Origin: Epithemia pelagica
Taxonomy: Eukaryota > Protista > Bacillariophyta
Direction of reading: 5' to 3'
DNA length: 64,000 bases
Assembly: GCA_946965045.2 (NCBI GenBank)
Contig: OX337242.1
Coordinates: 1,302,001-1,366,000, forward strand
Part shown: in pieces, positions 20,430-32,242 of the stretch
Layout of the letters: each line of letters begins with the position of its first letter
Position numbering within the stretch: the first letter of the stretch is position 1
Notes under the pieces: model-generated
What the model saw: only the letters and a program-made list of their open reading frames with translations
Database searches by the model: none
What the model was told of the DNA's origin: nothing
Made by a program: the position numbers and the translations under genes

Positions 20430-23400
20430 TCATGTCGTGGTGCGAGATTTCAAATAGCGCTTTCGCACATATTTGCGAAGGGCATCGCGCTCAATCGATC
20501 GTCGCGATTTGCTGCTGGCGGATTTGTGGCCGAGCTCGGAACCCGAATCCAAGGTCGACACGTCTTCCCCAAAATCAGCCATCCAACCACCTTCTCCCGA
20601 GGCCGAGTTCGTCGACATGGATTCCGCCGTCAATTCCGGAATGTTGTCGTGGGAACTCGCTGTGCTACGCGAGGAGTTGGAAGGCGAATCTCCAAACTTG
20701 GGTGAAGGAAAGTGCTCCGTCTCCTCTTTCATCAAGGCAAATCCATGCTCATCCACTTGTTCAGCGGCTTTACTGACATACTCGTGGAGACGATCACTTT
20801 TACTGGACTTGGATCGCTCACTTTTGCTGGAAGATCTGGAACGACCACTCTTGTTGGACTTGGACCGTTCGTTTTTCTCAGACTTTTCCTCTTCTTTGTC
20901 GGCCGAACGCCGGTGAGACGAGAAGCTGCTGTCAGCCGCAGCCTTTCCGTTCAGCTCACGTTCTAGCATGGCTGCTCGTTTCTCCAAGTGGTCGTTCTTA
21001 TCTGCCAAAAAGTCAACCGTTGACTGAAGGTTGTGAATCTTGTCTTCAAGCTCACTTTGTCGCTTCGATCCTTTCTCTTTGCTTCGAGCTTGAATATCCT
21101 GTGCAGAGGCAATTGCTTTCTGAGCAATGAGTTTGGCATGTTCAAGTTCGTCGTCACGTTGGGCCAAAATCTTGGCAAGAGATTCAATTTCCTCCTCTCT
21201 GTTTTGAACCTCATGAATAACTTCCTCCAATGCAGATATTACCTCTGCACGTTCCGATGTGGCCTTTTGCAATCGTTCGCTAAGATCCGTTTGCTCATGT
21301 TTGGCCTTCTCCAATGTCTCTTCCATTCGCTTCTTTGTTTTCTCAGCGTCACGCGCAATTGTGCGTTCCAGCTCAATTGACTTTTCAAGAGAAGCAACGC
21401 GATCACGAAGACAGCTAGCTTCCGAGGAAACATCCGAAACACTGAGCAAATCATTTTTAATGGCGTCAACTTCTTTCTGCAATTTCATCTTCGTTGCAAG
21501 CTGTTCCGACAGTTTGGTTTCCAGATCAGATATTTCTGTTGTGTAACGCTCAACGATATCACGGATTTGTTTCTCCTTTTGTTCAACTGCAGCTTCGGCA
21601 TCACCGACTTTCAATTTGAGAGACCTCTTTTCCTTGGACTCTGCCTCAAGCTTCGCCATGAGATCCTCGATCGCCTTGTTCTCGTTTTCACCCATCTCTT
21701 TTCTCATCGTATTGAGTCTCATTTCGAGCTCGTCATTACGAGCCTGTAGTTCCTCCTTTGTACTCAAAAGATCTCCGATCCTATTGTGCAGATCAGAGAC
21801 TTCTCCGTTGTATTGGCTCGATGTCACGCTCATGAATTGTGACTTTTTCTCCAGCTCAGATTCCGCTGTAGACAACTTTTGCTTGAGTGTAGTTCGCGAC
21901 TGCGTGAGTTCCTCGACCTTGGCGCGTAAATCTCTGATTTGGTTCGAGTATCTTTCTTTTGATTCTCGAACTTCTTGCTCTCGTTCATCTCGATCTTCTT
22001 CGTATTCTCTGAGCTGAGCTTCCAGTGATGCCTTGGTCTTTGTCAGTTGCTCGACCTTCATTTGTAGTTCAAACGAAAAATCTTCCTCCTTGACAGAGCG
22101 TGTACTCGCGTCTTTCTTCATCTTGGCTAAATCACCTTCAACTCGACTCAGCTTCGACTTGAGGCTTTCAATTTCGTTATTGCGTTCAGTAAGGGTCAAT
22201 TGAAGACCAGACTGAGTCTCTGACAGTTTACCCTTTTGCTGGTCCAACTTTGCCTCTGCTTCTTCGAGAGTTTGGCGAAGGTTTACAATATCTCGGTTCT
22301 TATCATCAACCTCGCTCTGCAAATCGGTAATTAGAGAATTGTATCGTTGAGACTCGCGAGTCAATTGCTTGGATCTTCGTTCGAGGTCCGCCTCGACACC
22401 GCCCAACGCCGCTTGAAGCTCTTCTCGTCCTTTAATCATTTCTTTCAATTGCTGTTGTAACTTCGGTAGCCGGCTCAACTGGTGTTCTTTGACTTCAAGA
22501 TCTGCTTCCATGTCACCCAATCGATCGATGAGCTCCTGTTTAGCCCTTGTCTCGTCGCGTAACTTTGATTCCAGATCAGCAACGCTCTCCGCGGCGGAAC
22601 CCGCTTCTCGGTATTTCAGTTCGAGGTCGGCGGCTCTAGAGCTGTGCTCTTCTACTCTGTTTTCATACTCTGAAAGGCGGTCCTTCAAGTTTGCATGTTC
22701 CTTCTGAAGCTTGGTGAGAGCCACAGACGCCACGATCTTATCATCTTCCGCATCAGCAACCGACTGGTGCAAGCTCGAAATTGCTCCTTCCATTTCTTTC
22801 ATTTTATCTGCCTTGACTCGAAGCTCTTCGATTTCGTCATGCAGTTCATTTGCTTCGTCATGTTTGGCACGGAGCAACGCCCTTTCCTTTTCGAGTTGGT
22901 GCTTTGTTTGTCGCAGATCTGTCTGAATTTTCTCCAATTGCTGTTGATGACCTTCCACACTGGATGCAGAAAGTGAGCGCGCTTGTTTCAAGTCCTCTTG
23001 CAACTCGGCGATCGTTACATCTTTTTGCTGAATCTCATTTTCCGTTCTCTTCAGTTTTGATTCAAGATCATCCAACAGAGACCTCATTTCCTCAGCTGTA
23101 GAAGTGTGTGTGGATTGCGCTTGAGTAAATTTGGTCTGGAGTTTCGAGTGTGCCTCTGATAATTCCTCCAACTCCTTCTGCAAGACCGTCTTATCCTCAA
23201 CATTTTTGCGAGTTTTCAAAAGAGCAGAACGAGTCTGGTCAAGCTCCTCTGACAACTCGCGCGTTCGTGCTTCCATGAGTTCGCGAGTCTTTTCCAGGTC
23301 TTTGTCTGCCTCCTCCAAGTTCTTTCGAAGGGTGTGTTCCACGGAGCGGAATTCATTCTGTAATTCCACAATTTTTTGTTCTCGTTTCAACGCATCTTCC

Positions 23401-25904
23401 TCGTGCTCAGACTCCATGCGCGATAGTCGGGACATACTGCGAGTCTCGCTTTCGGAAATTCGTTCTTCCAAGTGTCGTATTCTCTCATTCCGGTCCTCGA
23501 GTTCCCGCTGCATCCGTTCCATTCGTTCTCTGGTGCGCTTGATCTCTTGCTCTCGTACACTTTCTTGCAATTCTAATTCCTTGTAAGACTTGAGTGCTTC
23601 CTTTGTTGCTGGATCATCAAGTTGCTTTTGGAGATGCTTCTTCTCTTCTTCCATTCGGTCTAGTTCATTTTTTAGAGCTTTGATCTCAATATCCAATTCT
23701 CTCGCAACTTCTTCTTGCTCGGCCATTCGCTCCTCAAATTCCGCCTTCTGCGCCGCCAATTTTTCTCTCATTTCGTGCTCTTTTTGTGCCAGACTTTTTC
23801 CATGTCGATCCGTTGCTACGGTAAGTTGCTCTTGCATATTTTTCAAACGACGCTCCACTTCCTTACTTGTTGTGGATCGAAGCTCGACCACTTCATTGAG
23901 TCTTCGTTTCTCCTTAGTGTCGTACGTTTCACGCATTTCTGTGATCTTGACTCGGTATTCTTCATGAAGTGAATCCAACTCTTTCGTCAACTTTTCAATG
24001 ACTTCGGTTTGTTCATCCAACGCTTTCTGGTCATCCTCTACATGTTTGGACAAGTCTTCAATCTTTTGTTGCATGGCCACGTTGTCATCCTCGAGTTGTT
24101 TGGATTTTGTTCGTTCCGTTGAAAGCTCCTTTCTCAGATTGGATAGCTGGCCCTTGTACTCTTCATGTTTCTTTACTCTTGCCTCGAGTTTTTCATTCAG
24201 CACTGTCACCTTTTCTTCTTCCGATGTCGCCCGGCCATGCGCCAATGACATTTCCTCCTGAAGTGTGGCAATTGTCATTTCCTGAGAAACCACTTTTTCA
24301 TGCAATCCCGAACGCTCTTCTTCCGACTTTTTTGTTTCCTCCTTGGCTGCCGCCAACTCCTCTTGTAGACTGGCCAGTTTGGCTTCATAGGCTTGATCTT
24401 TGGACTGCTTGGCTTCGAGCAGAGCCTTTCCAGCTTCGGCCAGTTCTTCCCGAAGTTTTTCCATTTCCTTTTCCTTTTTGGCTACGGCACTTTGAACATT
24501 GACCACTTCCTGATTGGCCTCGGAAATGCGCAATTCCAGGAGGGCTTCCTTTTCTTGAAAGGAATCTCGTTCTCCTCTCCATTCATCGCGCATTTGAGCG
24601 TTGCGTTCCTTAAACTCTTGCTTTCGCTTTTCGGCATCCTTCCGCGCCTTGTCCCGTTCACTCTTGAGTGTTTCAATTTGTTGTTGCGTCGCTTGCAAGG
24701 TTCCCCGAACTTCGGACAATTGTCCTTCGTACTGCGATGCCAATTGTCGTCGGACATCTTGGTAATCCTGTTGCGTCGCTCTCAATTGGCCCGAGGTGGT
24801 TCGCAGTTCGGTCTCGAGCCGTTGAATATGTTCGGCATTGTGAACGTGTTCGGTTTCCAAATGCTTGACACGCTGGGCGGCATCGCTATGATCCTGAATG
24901 GTCAATTCGTACATTTCCACTGCCGACGTCAAGGCCTGCTTTTCATTGGTCAACACTTCGACTTTGCGACAAAGGGTTTGTGTTTCGAGTTCCAGCGTGG
25001 TACGGTCCATTTTGCCAATGGTGCGGGGTGACAGTCGGTAGTTGGAGGACGTGACAGCTGGAAGGGCCGGTGGACCACGCTGCTGCTGTGGTGGTGGAAC
25101 GGGTTGGCTTGTTCGAACCACGGTGGGCAAATCACCGCTGTTGCGTCGACTTTTTTGGGGAGTCGGTTGTCGTGGAGCGGCTCCCAATGTCTTTTGCGGT
25201 GGACTCGCACTGGTATCATCCAATTCTTGCAAAAATCTCAAATCATCAATTTCTTGTTGCAGACCATTGATCTTGTGCTGGGTCATGTTGTTGTTGTTGC
25301 CGTTGCTGCCATTGTTGTTGGAGGCTGCATAATAGGCAGTGGTGGTGGGCGGTTGCATGGAGGGGTAATTGGCCGTCGGTGCTTGTGGTTGTCGTGGATG
25401 AGCCGCATGTTGTTGTTGTTGGTGTTGATGCTGTTGTTGAATGGCGTAAGCTGGAGATGGATTCCGGTTGTAGCTCGGAGATGGAGCACGGTTGGCATAG
25501 GTATTGTTGTTGCTGTTGCTGCGCGAACTGTTTTTGCGCTTTTCCCGCAAATCGAGAATGGCCCGTGCGACTTGATCGGGATCGTCCAAATCGTCCCGTT
25601 GCACGACCGGTGGAGGTGCTGGACTTTCACTGCGCAATCGTCCCGTACTAATGGGACGCGGTCGTTGATGATAGGAATCCAGAGCCGTGGCGGCCGCGAC
25701 CGCCTCGGCTCCGCGACTCATGGACTGCGACGGCAGGGGCATGTTGTTGTTGTTGTTGTTGTTCATGTTGCCATTCGGTCGCCGTGCCGAAGGAGCCGTA
25801 CTCTTGCTTCGTTGTTGATGTGGATGTGATGGTTGTGCGTATTGTGGATAGTGCTGTTTGGCCAAGGCCGACATTTTCGAAACAGATTTGGATCGTTGCT
25901 GCAT
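20430..25904 (-). CDS. Large coiled-coil protein (1824 aa), function unknown
   Basis: Uninterrupted 5.5-kb ORF. Q/N/P-rich head, about 1400 aa of E/K/L/Q heptad-like sequence, and an S/K-rich tail ending LRKYVRKRY. Confidence 0.85.
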   Translation of the reverse strand: MQQRSKSVSKMSALAKQHYPQYAQPSHPHQQRSKSTAPSARRPNGNMNNNNNNNMPLPSQSMSRGAEAVAAATALDSYHQRPRPISTGRLRSESPAPPPVVQRDDLDDPDQVARAILDLREKRKNSSRSNSNNNTYANRAPSPSYNRNPSPAYAIQQQHQHQQQQHAAHPRQPQAPTANYPSMQPPTTTAYYAASNNNGSNGNNNNMTQHKINGLQQEIDDLRFLQELDDTSASPPQKTLGAAPRQPTPQKSRRNSGDLPTVVRTSQPVPPPQQQRGPPALPAVTSSNYRLSPRTIGKMDRTTLELETQTLCRKVEVLTNEKQALTSAVEMYELTIQDHSDAAQRVKHLETEHVHNAEHIQRLETELRTTSGQLRATQQDYQDVRRQLASQYEGQLSEVRGTLQATQQQIETLKSERDKARKDAEKRKQEFKERNAQMRDEWRGERDSFQEKEALLELRISEANQEVVNVQSAVAKKEKEMEKLREELAEAGKALLEAKQSKDQAYEAKLASLQEELAAAKEETKKSEEERSGLHEKVVSQEMTIATLQEEMSLAHGRATSEEEKVTVLNEKLEARVKKHEEYKGQLSNLRKELSTERTKSKQLEDDNVAMQQKIEDLSKHVEDDQKALDEQTEVIEKLTKELDSLHEEYRVKITEMRETYDTKEKRRLNEVVELRSTTSKEVERRLKNMQEQLTVATDRHGKSLAQKEHEMREKLAAQKAEFEERMAEQEEVARELDIEIKALKNELDRMEEEKKHLQKQLDDPATKEALKSYKELELQESVREQEIKRTRERMERMQRELEDRNERIRHLEERISESETRSMSRLSRMESEHEEDALKREQKIVELQNEFRSVEHTLRKNLEEADKDLEKTRELMEARTRELSEELDQTRSALLKTRKNVEDKTVLQKELEELSEAHSKLQTKFTQAQSTHTSTAEEMRSLLDDLESKLKRTENEIQQKDVTIAELQEDLKQARSLSASSVEGHQQQLEKIQTDLRQTKHQLEKERALLRAKHDEANELHDEIEELRVKADKMKEMEGAISSLHQSVADAEDDKIVASVALTKLQKEHANLKDRLSEYENRVEEHSSRAADLELKYREAGSAAESVADLESKLRDETRAKQELIDRLGDMEADLEVKEHQLSRLPKLQQQLKEMIKGREELQAALGGVEADLERRSKQLTRESQRYNSLITDLQSEVDDKNRDIVNLRQTLEEAEAKLDQQKGKLSETQSGLQLTLTERNNEIESLKSKLSRVEGDLAKMKKDASTRSVKEEDFSFELQMKVEQLTKTKASLEAQLREYEEDRDEREQEVRESKERYSNQIRDLRAKVEELTQSRTTLKQKLSTAESELEKKSQFMSVTSSQYNGEVSDLHNRIGDLLSTKEELQARNDELEMRLNTMRKEMGENENKAIEDLMAKLEAESKEKRSLKLKVGDAEAAVEQKEKQIRDIVERYTTEISDLETKLSEQLATKMKLQKEVDAIKNDLLSVSDVSSEASCLRDRVASLEKSIELERTIARDAEKTKKRMEETLEKAKHEQTDLSERLQKATSERAEVISALEEVIHEVQNREEEIESLAKILAQRDDELEHAKLIAQKAIASAQDIQARSKEKGSKRQSELEDKIHNLQSTVDFLADKNDHLEKRAAMLERELNGKAAADSSFSSHRRSADKEEEKSEKNERSKSNKSGRSRSSSKSERSKSSKSDRLHEYVSKAAEQVDEHGFALMKEETEHFPSPKFGDSPSNSSRSTASSHDNIPELTAESMSTNSASGEGGWMADFGEDVSTLDSGSELGHKSASSKSRRSIERDALRKYVRKRYLKSRTTT

Positions 25905-26806
25905 GGTTTCCAGATCGTTTAGTTCGATGATGAAGTTGTTATCGTTGTTGTGTGTCTTTTCTGAAAAATCCTCACGATAGGGTGGACTTGTTCACGGATA
26001 AAATCGACAAACCCAACAGGTCACGAGGAGTGCGCGATTTTTTTGGGCTCAGTGGTAATATCTGGCGGATCCTTGTGTTTTGGGATGGGCCGCCACTGCA
26101 ACTCTATCTGGAAGACCAATCCAACTAGTACAACACAACAACACCAACGACGAAAGGACACAACCACTGTGCGCTTCTCGGAACAAGAGTCTTTGTGTTG
26201 AGTGACCCTTCTTTGTTGCAAGCGAGTTGGAGCCAGAAAACACCCAAGGATGAACCAAGCACCAAATGCGACAACAGGAGAAAGACGGCCGGACAGGTGA
26301 TGGCCAGTATGGTGATGGTCAGTATGGAAAAAGAGAAACAGGAGAAGAGAGGAGCCAAATCGCTCAGCGAAGAAGAAGAGCTCCCCAACCTTTTCTTCCC
26401 GTTTTCGTTATTGGCGTTTGGGTTTGGCGTGTCTCTCTCTCTCTGGTTCGGCGGATTTGGTGTGGTAGTCGTGTTGCTCGCCACATTTTTTCAGACTGTC
26501 TGTATCGACAGGCGCGCGGTGTCGTGTGATTTCAAATACTTAACGATCAGTGGCTGGGCATGCGTGAGAAACGAGAAAGACATACAAAGTGCCGTTAGCG
26601 CGAAGCAGGAAAACTTTGGGAAGACGAGTGTCAGTACAATCTTCGTACACCATCATCACCAAGTGGGGAAAGCGAGACGGTCTTCGGGGTTTCGAAGCTT
26701 TGGGCGTTTTCTTGGGCCCAGAGGCAGCAGCAGCAGCAGCAGCAGGGTTGAAAAATCCATCTCCGGGAGCTCTCCCCCTTCACATCTTGTTAATGGAATC
26801 ACAATA

Positions 26807-27862
26807 ATGTCGACACAACACTCCGGAACAAACAATGCGTCGGAACCCAGCAGCGTTTCTCATAACGGCTTTTCTTCGAACGCAAAACAAGCTTTGCTCT
26901 TCTATGTGTTCGTGGTGCTTTCCTTTGCTGGCATCTTTTCCCAGTCCATGCGTTTTATGCCCGAACCATGGACAAGCGTTGATGAAGTCCAGCGTCGTGA
27001 TGGTGAAGAGAAAAAAGACAACAACTATGTTGGAGTCATTGAAGAATTGTATCAAGTCGTAACCGCGGAACGCCTGAGCAAGATTGCACGGGATCACAGA
27101 GAAGCTTACGCGCAAGCGGACCCGTTCCCGCACATTGTGATTGACGGGATCTTCCCGAGGCGTATCCTGGAGGCTATTTCCAACGAAATTCCGGAAGAGA
27201 AGGCCCAGCAGAACGGATGCTACAACCCGAAAAAGTGTTTCTTGACTCCCAAGCAAAACAAGAAGTCCGCCGTTGACGACGAAAACAATATGGGTTTGTA
27301 CACGCGCGTCTTCTTTGGGTTTCTAAAATCCAGCACGTGGGTGAAATTTCTCGAAGAACTATCCGGAATCCCTAACATCATCCCGGATCCTCACTACCGA
27401 GGTTCCGGCTTGCACGTCACCGCATCGGGAGGCAACCTGGACATTCACGCCGATTTTAATCGATACAACGCGTACCAGTTAGATCGTCGAGTCAACACGT
27501 TCGTGTACATGAACGACGATTGGCCCGATAGCTACGGAGGGCATCTCGAGCTCTGGGGTCGCGACATGAAGTCTTGCTATCAAAAAATTTTGCCCGTCAT
27601 GGGTCGCTTCGTGGTCTTTTCCTCCACGGATTTTTCTTATCACGGTCATCCGCAGCCCCAAACGTCTCCAAAAGACAGGCTTCGGCGATCGATAGCGCTC
27701 TACTATTTCACAAACGGACGTCCGACGGAAGAATGTTTGGATGGAGATTGCGCAGGAAACAATCATAGCACATTGTTCAAGAAACCTGAAAACTGCAAGG
27801 TGTGCGAAGAAGCAATGTGCAAACGTTATGACGAAACCGCACCATATTGGGTTGACGCTTGA
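26807..27862 (+). CDS. 2OG-Fe(II) oxygenase (prolyl-4-hydroxylase-like) with N-terminal membrane anchor
   Basis: ATG at 26807, one TM segment (LLFYVFVVLSFAGIF), then DPFPHIVID, HADFN (HxD), GGHLELW, SYHGHP and RRSIALYYFT (2OG-binding Arg). Confidence 0.88.
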   Translation: MSTQHSGTNNASEPSSVSHNGFSSNAKQALLFYVFVVLSFAGIFSQSMRFMPEPWTSVDEVQRRDGEEKKDNNYVGVIEELYQVVTAERLSKIARDHREAYAQADPFPHIVIDGIFPRRILEAISNEIPEEKAQQNGCYNPKKCFLTPKQNKKSAVDDENNMGLYTRVFFGFLKSSTWVKFLEELSGIPNIIPDPHYRGSGLHVTASGGNLDIHADFNRYNAYQLDRRVNTFVYMNDDWPDSYGGHLELWGRDMKSCYQKILPVMGRFVVFSSTDFSYHGHPQPQTSPKDRLRRSIALYYFTNGRPTEECLDGDCAGNNHSTLFKKPENCKVCEEAMCKRYDETAPYWVDA

Positions 27863-28624
27863 ATAAGAGACACAAGCATGCTCCTTCCTTCCGCGGCTAA
27901 CAACACCGGTGGTCTGTGCGATTGCGTCATGTAGGATGAGAGCATGTTGCATAGTAGAGAATCGCGACAGCTCTATTATACTTTCTTTTTGAATCGCGAC
28001 GGTTTTCTGTTTGAATTGCGACGGCTCTATTTTTGTATTGCGCCGGGGATTATACTTTCTTTTTGTCGAGCGCAAGGAATCGATACTTAATTGCGACGGC
28101 AAGTTTCTTTTTGATTGCGACGACGGCTTTCTTTTGATGAATGGCGGGTTGCACCTCATAGCAAACTACCGTTTCTTCGACGAGCTTTGCGCTCTGCATC
28201 GCGTTCTGCTCACGGGCTTCTTGTTCCTTGAGGTATTGCCGTACGCCCGTGGGTGCGCCGTTGGGGAAGCAGCTCACTAACAAGCGACTTTGAACAAGAA
28301 ACATCATGCAGAGAATTGATTCGGTTTTGGAGATCTAGTCTTGGACTGGCTGCTTGGAGGCCTTTGGATCGCAAGCAGAAGAGTCCCACTTGGCTGGACA
28401 GTTTGTAAGAATAGAATAATGTGTATAATTTAGATTTGGCTTTGATTGCAAAAGGTTTCATCTATCTTATCAATCCTATAGAAAACGATTCAGTTTATCA
28501 GACCCAAGCATCTACCTAGTCAATGCTATGAAGAGAGATTGTCGATTGATTGCGTTCATCGCTTGGAAGAACGCAATTGCATCAAAAGACAAGACGAGAG
28601 TGAGTCGGCGCACATGACTGACTG

Positions 28625-29248
28625 ATGGATTCCCTAGACGATAACCTTCCGTTTTTGGACTTGCCCATCCCCGATGCAAATGATGAAGAGACTTGGAAAT
28701 GGAATAAAGATGACGACAGCTTCGGTCATCCTCTTCATTCTGACTTGGATCACAATGATCCACATGACGACGACGAAATACACGAGGGAGCCTCGCACCT
28801 ATATCTAACGGACGAGGATTCAGTGGCTGTGGTATCGCCTGGATCGTCCAAGAGAAGAAGAAGAATCTCCAATGACAAGATTCACGATGACCAATTCGTC
28901 GATTCAATCGTAGTATCACCTCTTGCGTCTCAGACTTTGAACGAGAGTGAGAGACATGAAGATACGCTCAGAAATCTCGACCATGGCAAGATCCATGACT
29001 TCAACGAAGGAGTCAGCAATTCTTTGATCGGTGAATCCCCTGAATCCATACATCTTCAGTACCAACGACTCATGAAGCGCCTTGCAGACTCCATGCAACG
29101 GACAGAAGAAACTCGCCAATTCATCAAACGACGAAGATGTGACATTGGAGGAAGTTTCTTTTTGAGTTCCGACAGCGAAGAATCGCGAAAATATCTGTTC
29201 GAAGTCTTTCGCCGAGACTCGGGATCAGGTTGTTCATTCTCACCATAG
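28625..29248 (+). CDS. Acidic protein of unknown function with a helical C-terminal motif recurrent in diatom proteins
   Basis: 207-aa ATG ORF. C-terminal YQRLMKRLADSMQRTEETRQ...FFLSSDSEESRKYL helix motif; assignment is from recall only. Confidence 0.55.
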   Translation: MDSLDDNLPFLDLPIPDANDEETWKWNKDDDSFGHPLHSDLDHNDPHDDDEIHEGASHLYLTDEDSVAVVSPGSSKRRRRISNDKIHDDQFVDSIVVSPLASQTLNESERHEDTLRNLDHGKIHDFNEGVSNSLIGESPESIHLQYQRLMKRLADSMQRTEETRQFIKRRRCDIGGSFFLSSDSEESRKYLFEVFRRDSGSGCSFSP

Positions 29249-30153
29249 GTTCTCCGCTGATATGCATGCGGCTTCAGCTTAAACAATCCGTTCCTACTTG
29301 CAGACAGACGACGTCTCCAAAATCGACCAACCATTGTAAAAACACGATGGGACTTGCATATTACTCCTAACCAAACACCAACGGCCCTCACCAACCGTCT
29401 GCTGTAACATGTACATGTAGCTCGTTGCGGTCGATGGGTTTGAATACGAAACTATTCAAAGGCTATCATTTTACTTCCAAATCGCATCTTCCAATATACC
29501 ATTAGGATTACCTATAGGTGTAGGACTTGGTTATGACGAATGACGATGGCAGATGACAGTAGGTACGACAACTGACACCGAAGACGGACTCTGACGATCT
29601 ATGTGACTTGTGACTGGCCGTGTCAGTTTAACCATCCTCAGTTCCGCGACTCAGGAATCCGGAAGCTGGTTGAGTCCTGCTTCTCCTTCTGGTTGCGTGC
29701 GTGCACTAACAACGATAGACGCGTGTCCCATCCATTTTTGGTCGGTCTTTCATTTCGTGCGACACGAACCATCTCTTGTCGTTGCGAGATACGAATGGGA
29801 ACCACCATCGCTTGCTGGAACCTCGCTGTCGATGTACCTAATAGAAAGCTGCACATTCCTATAATTTATCCGTTGGTACCGTCCCGAATGCCAATTGACG
29901 GCCAAGAAGGGCGAACAAGAGTGTTTCTCATCACACAAAGTGTCGCCTCGCCATCCAAGTCACTCGCAACTTTTTGTGGAAGAACTAATTTGAGAACCGG
30001 TCTGTCGCTGGGGAACGTAACAAGACACAAGAAGGACTCTACCAGCCTTGGACTTCACTCCCACTCATACGCAAAAACGACAGGGAACCAATCCTCCTCT
30101 CTCAGCCTCTATTGGACAGACAGTTGAATCCACCAACTTGCTTGATAGGAAGC

Positions 30154-30717
30154 ATGCCCGTTTCATCTCGTCGCTTGTTGCCTCGGCGGTTGCTGCGAAG
30201 CCGCAGTGGCGAAATGCTGTGTCACCACGATCCTGCTGGCACGTGTGGTGGGGAATCCAGCACGTTTAGTATTGCTGACACGGCCAAGTCCAAACCGCAC
30301 ACAACAACAACGACATCTCCAGAAACCACCACCACCACCAAAACTACGACTGCCCTTGCGGAACCCAAACATGTGACCTTTAGTTCCATTGAATTTCGTT
30401 TGTACCAAGTTGTTTTGGGGGATCATCCCTGCTGTCATTCCGGGTGTCCATTGACATTGGGCTGGCAGTACTCGCCTGGACCGAGCTTTAGCTCGATTGA
30501 GGCCTATGAGGCCCATCGCAGTGGCGGCGTGGCCGATCGACGAACCTTGCATACCACCACATGCGACGAACGACACCATCGCTTGCTCGAAACACAGACA
30601 TCGGGGGAACTTCGTCGGGCCAGTCGTATGCAACAACGACATCGTGATCGACGGATCCAAAAAGCTGAACAACAAGTCTTTTTTCATCCAGCACGAGACG
30701 ACGAGGCGGATGTGTAG
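30154..30717 (+). CDS. Diatom-type uncharacterised family protein (VxF...Y...LGDHP..S.G.PLTLGW motif), duplicate 1
   Basis: Motif VTFSSIEFRLYQVVLGDHPCCHSGCPLTLGWQY...IEAYEAHR; near-identical to 34684-35238. Confidence 0.7.
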   Translation: MPVSSRRLLPRRLLRSRSGEMLCHHDPAGTCGGESSTFSIADTAKSKPHTTTTTSPETTTTTKTTTALAEPKHVTFSSIEFRLYQVVLGDHPCCHSGCPLTLGWQYSPGPSFSSIEAYEAHRSGGVADRRTLHTTTCDERHHRLLETQTSGELRRASRMQQRHRDRRIQKAEQQVFFHPARDDEADV

Positions 30718-31162
30718 TGTGGTGCATAGACAGATAGTGACTGTTTTACGTGTATAACAGTGTTATAGATGATGACAAACAATTGTGTGCGTACTTGTAC
30801 TTGAATGACGTATGGGGAGTACTCTGAAAGAAGAGTTCATCTGCCTAGATTCTTGAAACACAGCGCCAATGTCCATACCATTAGAATAAACAGTGAGTGG
30901 GTACCAGAACGGATCTTTCGGAAGCCTTCTCGAATCGATTGTTTTGGGGTCTATCAGGCCCTGCAACTGCCATACACACATTACCATGTGCATGCTCTTC
31001 CACCATGCCGAGTTCCTGTTCCTTGTTCACATGCATAAGCCGTTGACCGTCTGTTTGTCTCTCGGTTTCCTGCGCTGTGTTTTGAGGAGAGGATTTGTTC
31101 CTTGGTAGCCACATGGTCATTATGCAGAAGCACAGGGATACGAACCTACATTTGCTCCCTGA

Positions 31163-31780
31163 TCAATCCAATCGGATTTTGGCTTTGCCCAGTTTCCAGG
31201 TTCGTGCTTCGCCATTCGAGTCATTGTTCCCCGTGCTGGCCAAGGTGCACGTTGGCCCCGTCGAAGAGTGCAAGGCTTCGGTAAGTGACATTTTGGACCT
31301 GTTGGACGATGCCATGTGACTAAATTGATGATAGGTGGTGGAATGAGAAGTCACCAACCAGGCAAACATGCAGAGCGAGGACGATTGAAGGACGGCAGCT
31401 CCAGAAAAGACGGCTGGATGTCGAAGGTAGTACGGAATAAAGCTGCAACACCAACTGAGCAGAGGCAAGGAAATGAGCCATCCGGCTCCCAACACGGCAA
31501 CCGTGCCATAAAAGGACTGCAAATGCCGGACCGTGCACTTGTTGCGTGTTTGTACGGTCGCAACGACCAGCAACAGAGCACAGAGAACACGAAAGATCAT
31601 GAGAATCTGACCGGGCAAATGTTCCAAATCATGGTACGATTCAAAGTCGTCATTGTAGGTGCGGCCCCACTGGGCCAAAATCACAAGAATGGTGCAAGTC
31701 ACCACGGCCGTGGATTTCTTGGGTTTGACCAAATCCGTCACAAGCTTTTGGACGACGGATTCATTGGGATTGACGGTCAC
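31163..31780 (-). pseudogene. 5-prime-truncated copy of the GPR180/TMEM145-like gene
   Basis: Matches the last ~205 codons of 35681-37316 but homology stops at 31780. It also has a 9-bp in-frame deletion (ILVILAQW versus ILGFHVILAQW). Confidence 0.85.
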
Positions 31781-32242
31781 TAAATTATTGTACATAATCA
31801 TTATTTGTCACTCTTACATGTACAGATGAATGCATAACAGGCACACAAGTACAATGTTTCACTGCCCATCCGTAGAGTTGGTGCGTGTCGTAGATGTCCT
31901 GCTGATCGAGGTGGGTCACTTGATCTTGTGTTTTTTGAAAGGCGGGCCGCTGCGCAGACGGCCTTTCAAAAGACGCATAGATTGAGTGTCCTAACCTCCA
32001 ATTGGAGAGGGAAAACCCCGGAGGTACCTGCAACCGGCGCAGTATTCCTTCGCCCATGGCAGCAGCAGTAATAGCAGTAGGTGGACCAGAAGCAGCAGCG
32101 GGATGAACCTCCGTTATTGTTGTTGCGGTGCTTGTTGGGAGCTGCCGTCGCAGGGATGGTGATAATTACCACCAAAGATTTTTGTACGATAGAGTGAACC
32201 ATCTCTAAAGTACAAAACTAATCGCGCGGAGCTCATATTCAC

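Larger units (their letters stand above)
29767..31780. repeat. Segmental duplication, copy 1 (~2.0 kb, direct)
   Basis: Colinear with 34309-36307 from aaccatctcttgtcgttgcgagatacgaat to ...gggattgacggtcac, with scattered SNPs and small indels (identity not computed). Confidence 0.95.

Noticed and set aside
26195-26806. N-terminal 204-aa extension of the 2OG oxygenase
   Set aside because: It starts at GTG, is low-information, and overlaps the divergent promoter region; ATG 26807 followed by a TM anchor gives a coherent protein.
31933-31971. GC-rich hairpin (ttttgaaaggc...gcctttcaaaa) near the duplication breakpoint as a Helitron 3-prime end
   Set aside because: There is no CTRR terminus at the expected distance on either strand and no matching 5-prime TC end or Rep/helicase, so the evidence is insufficient.
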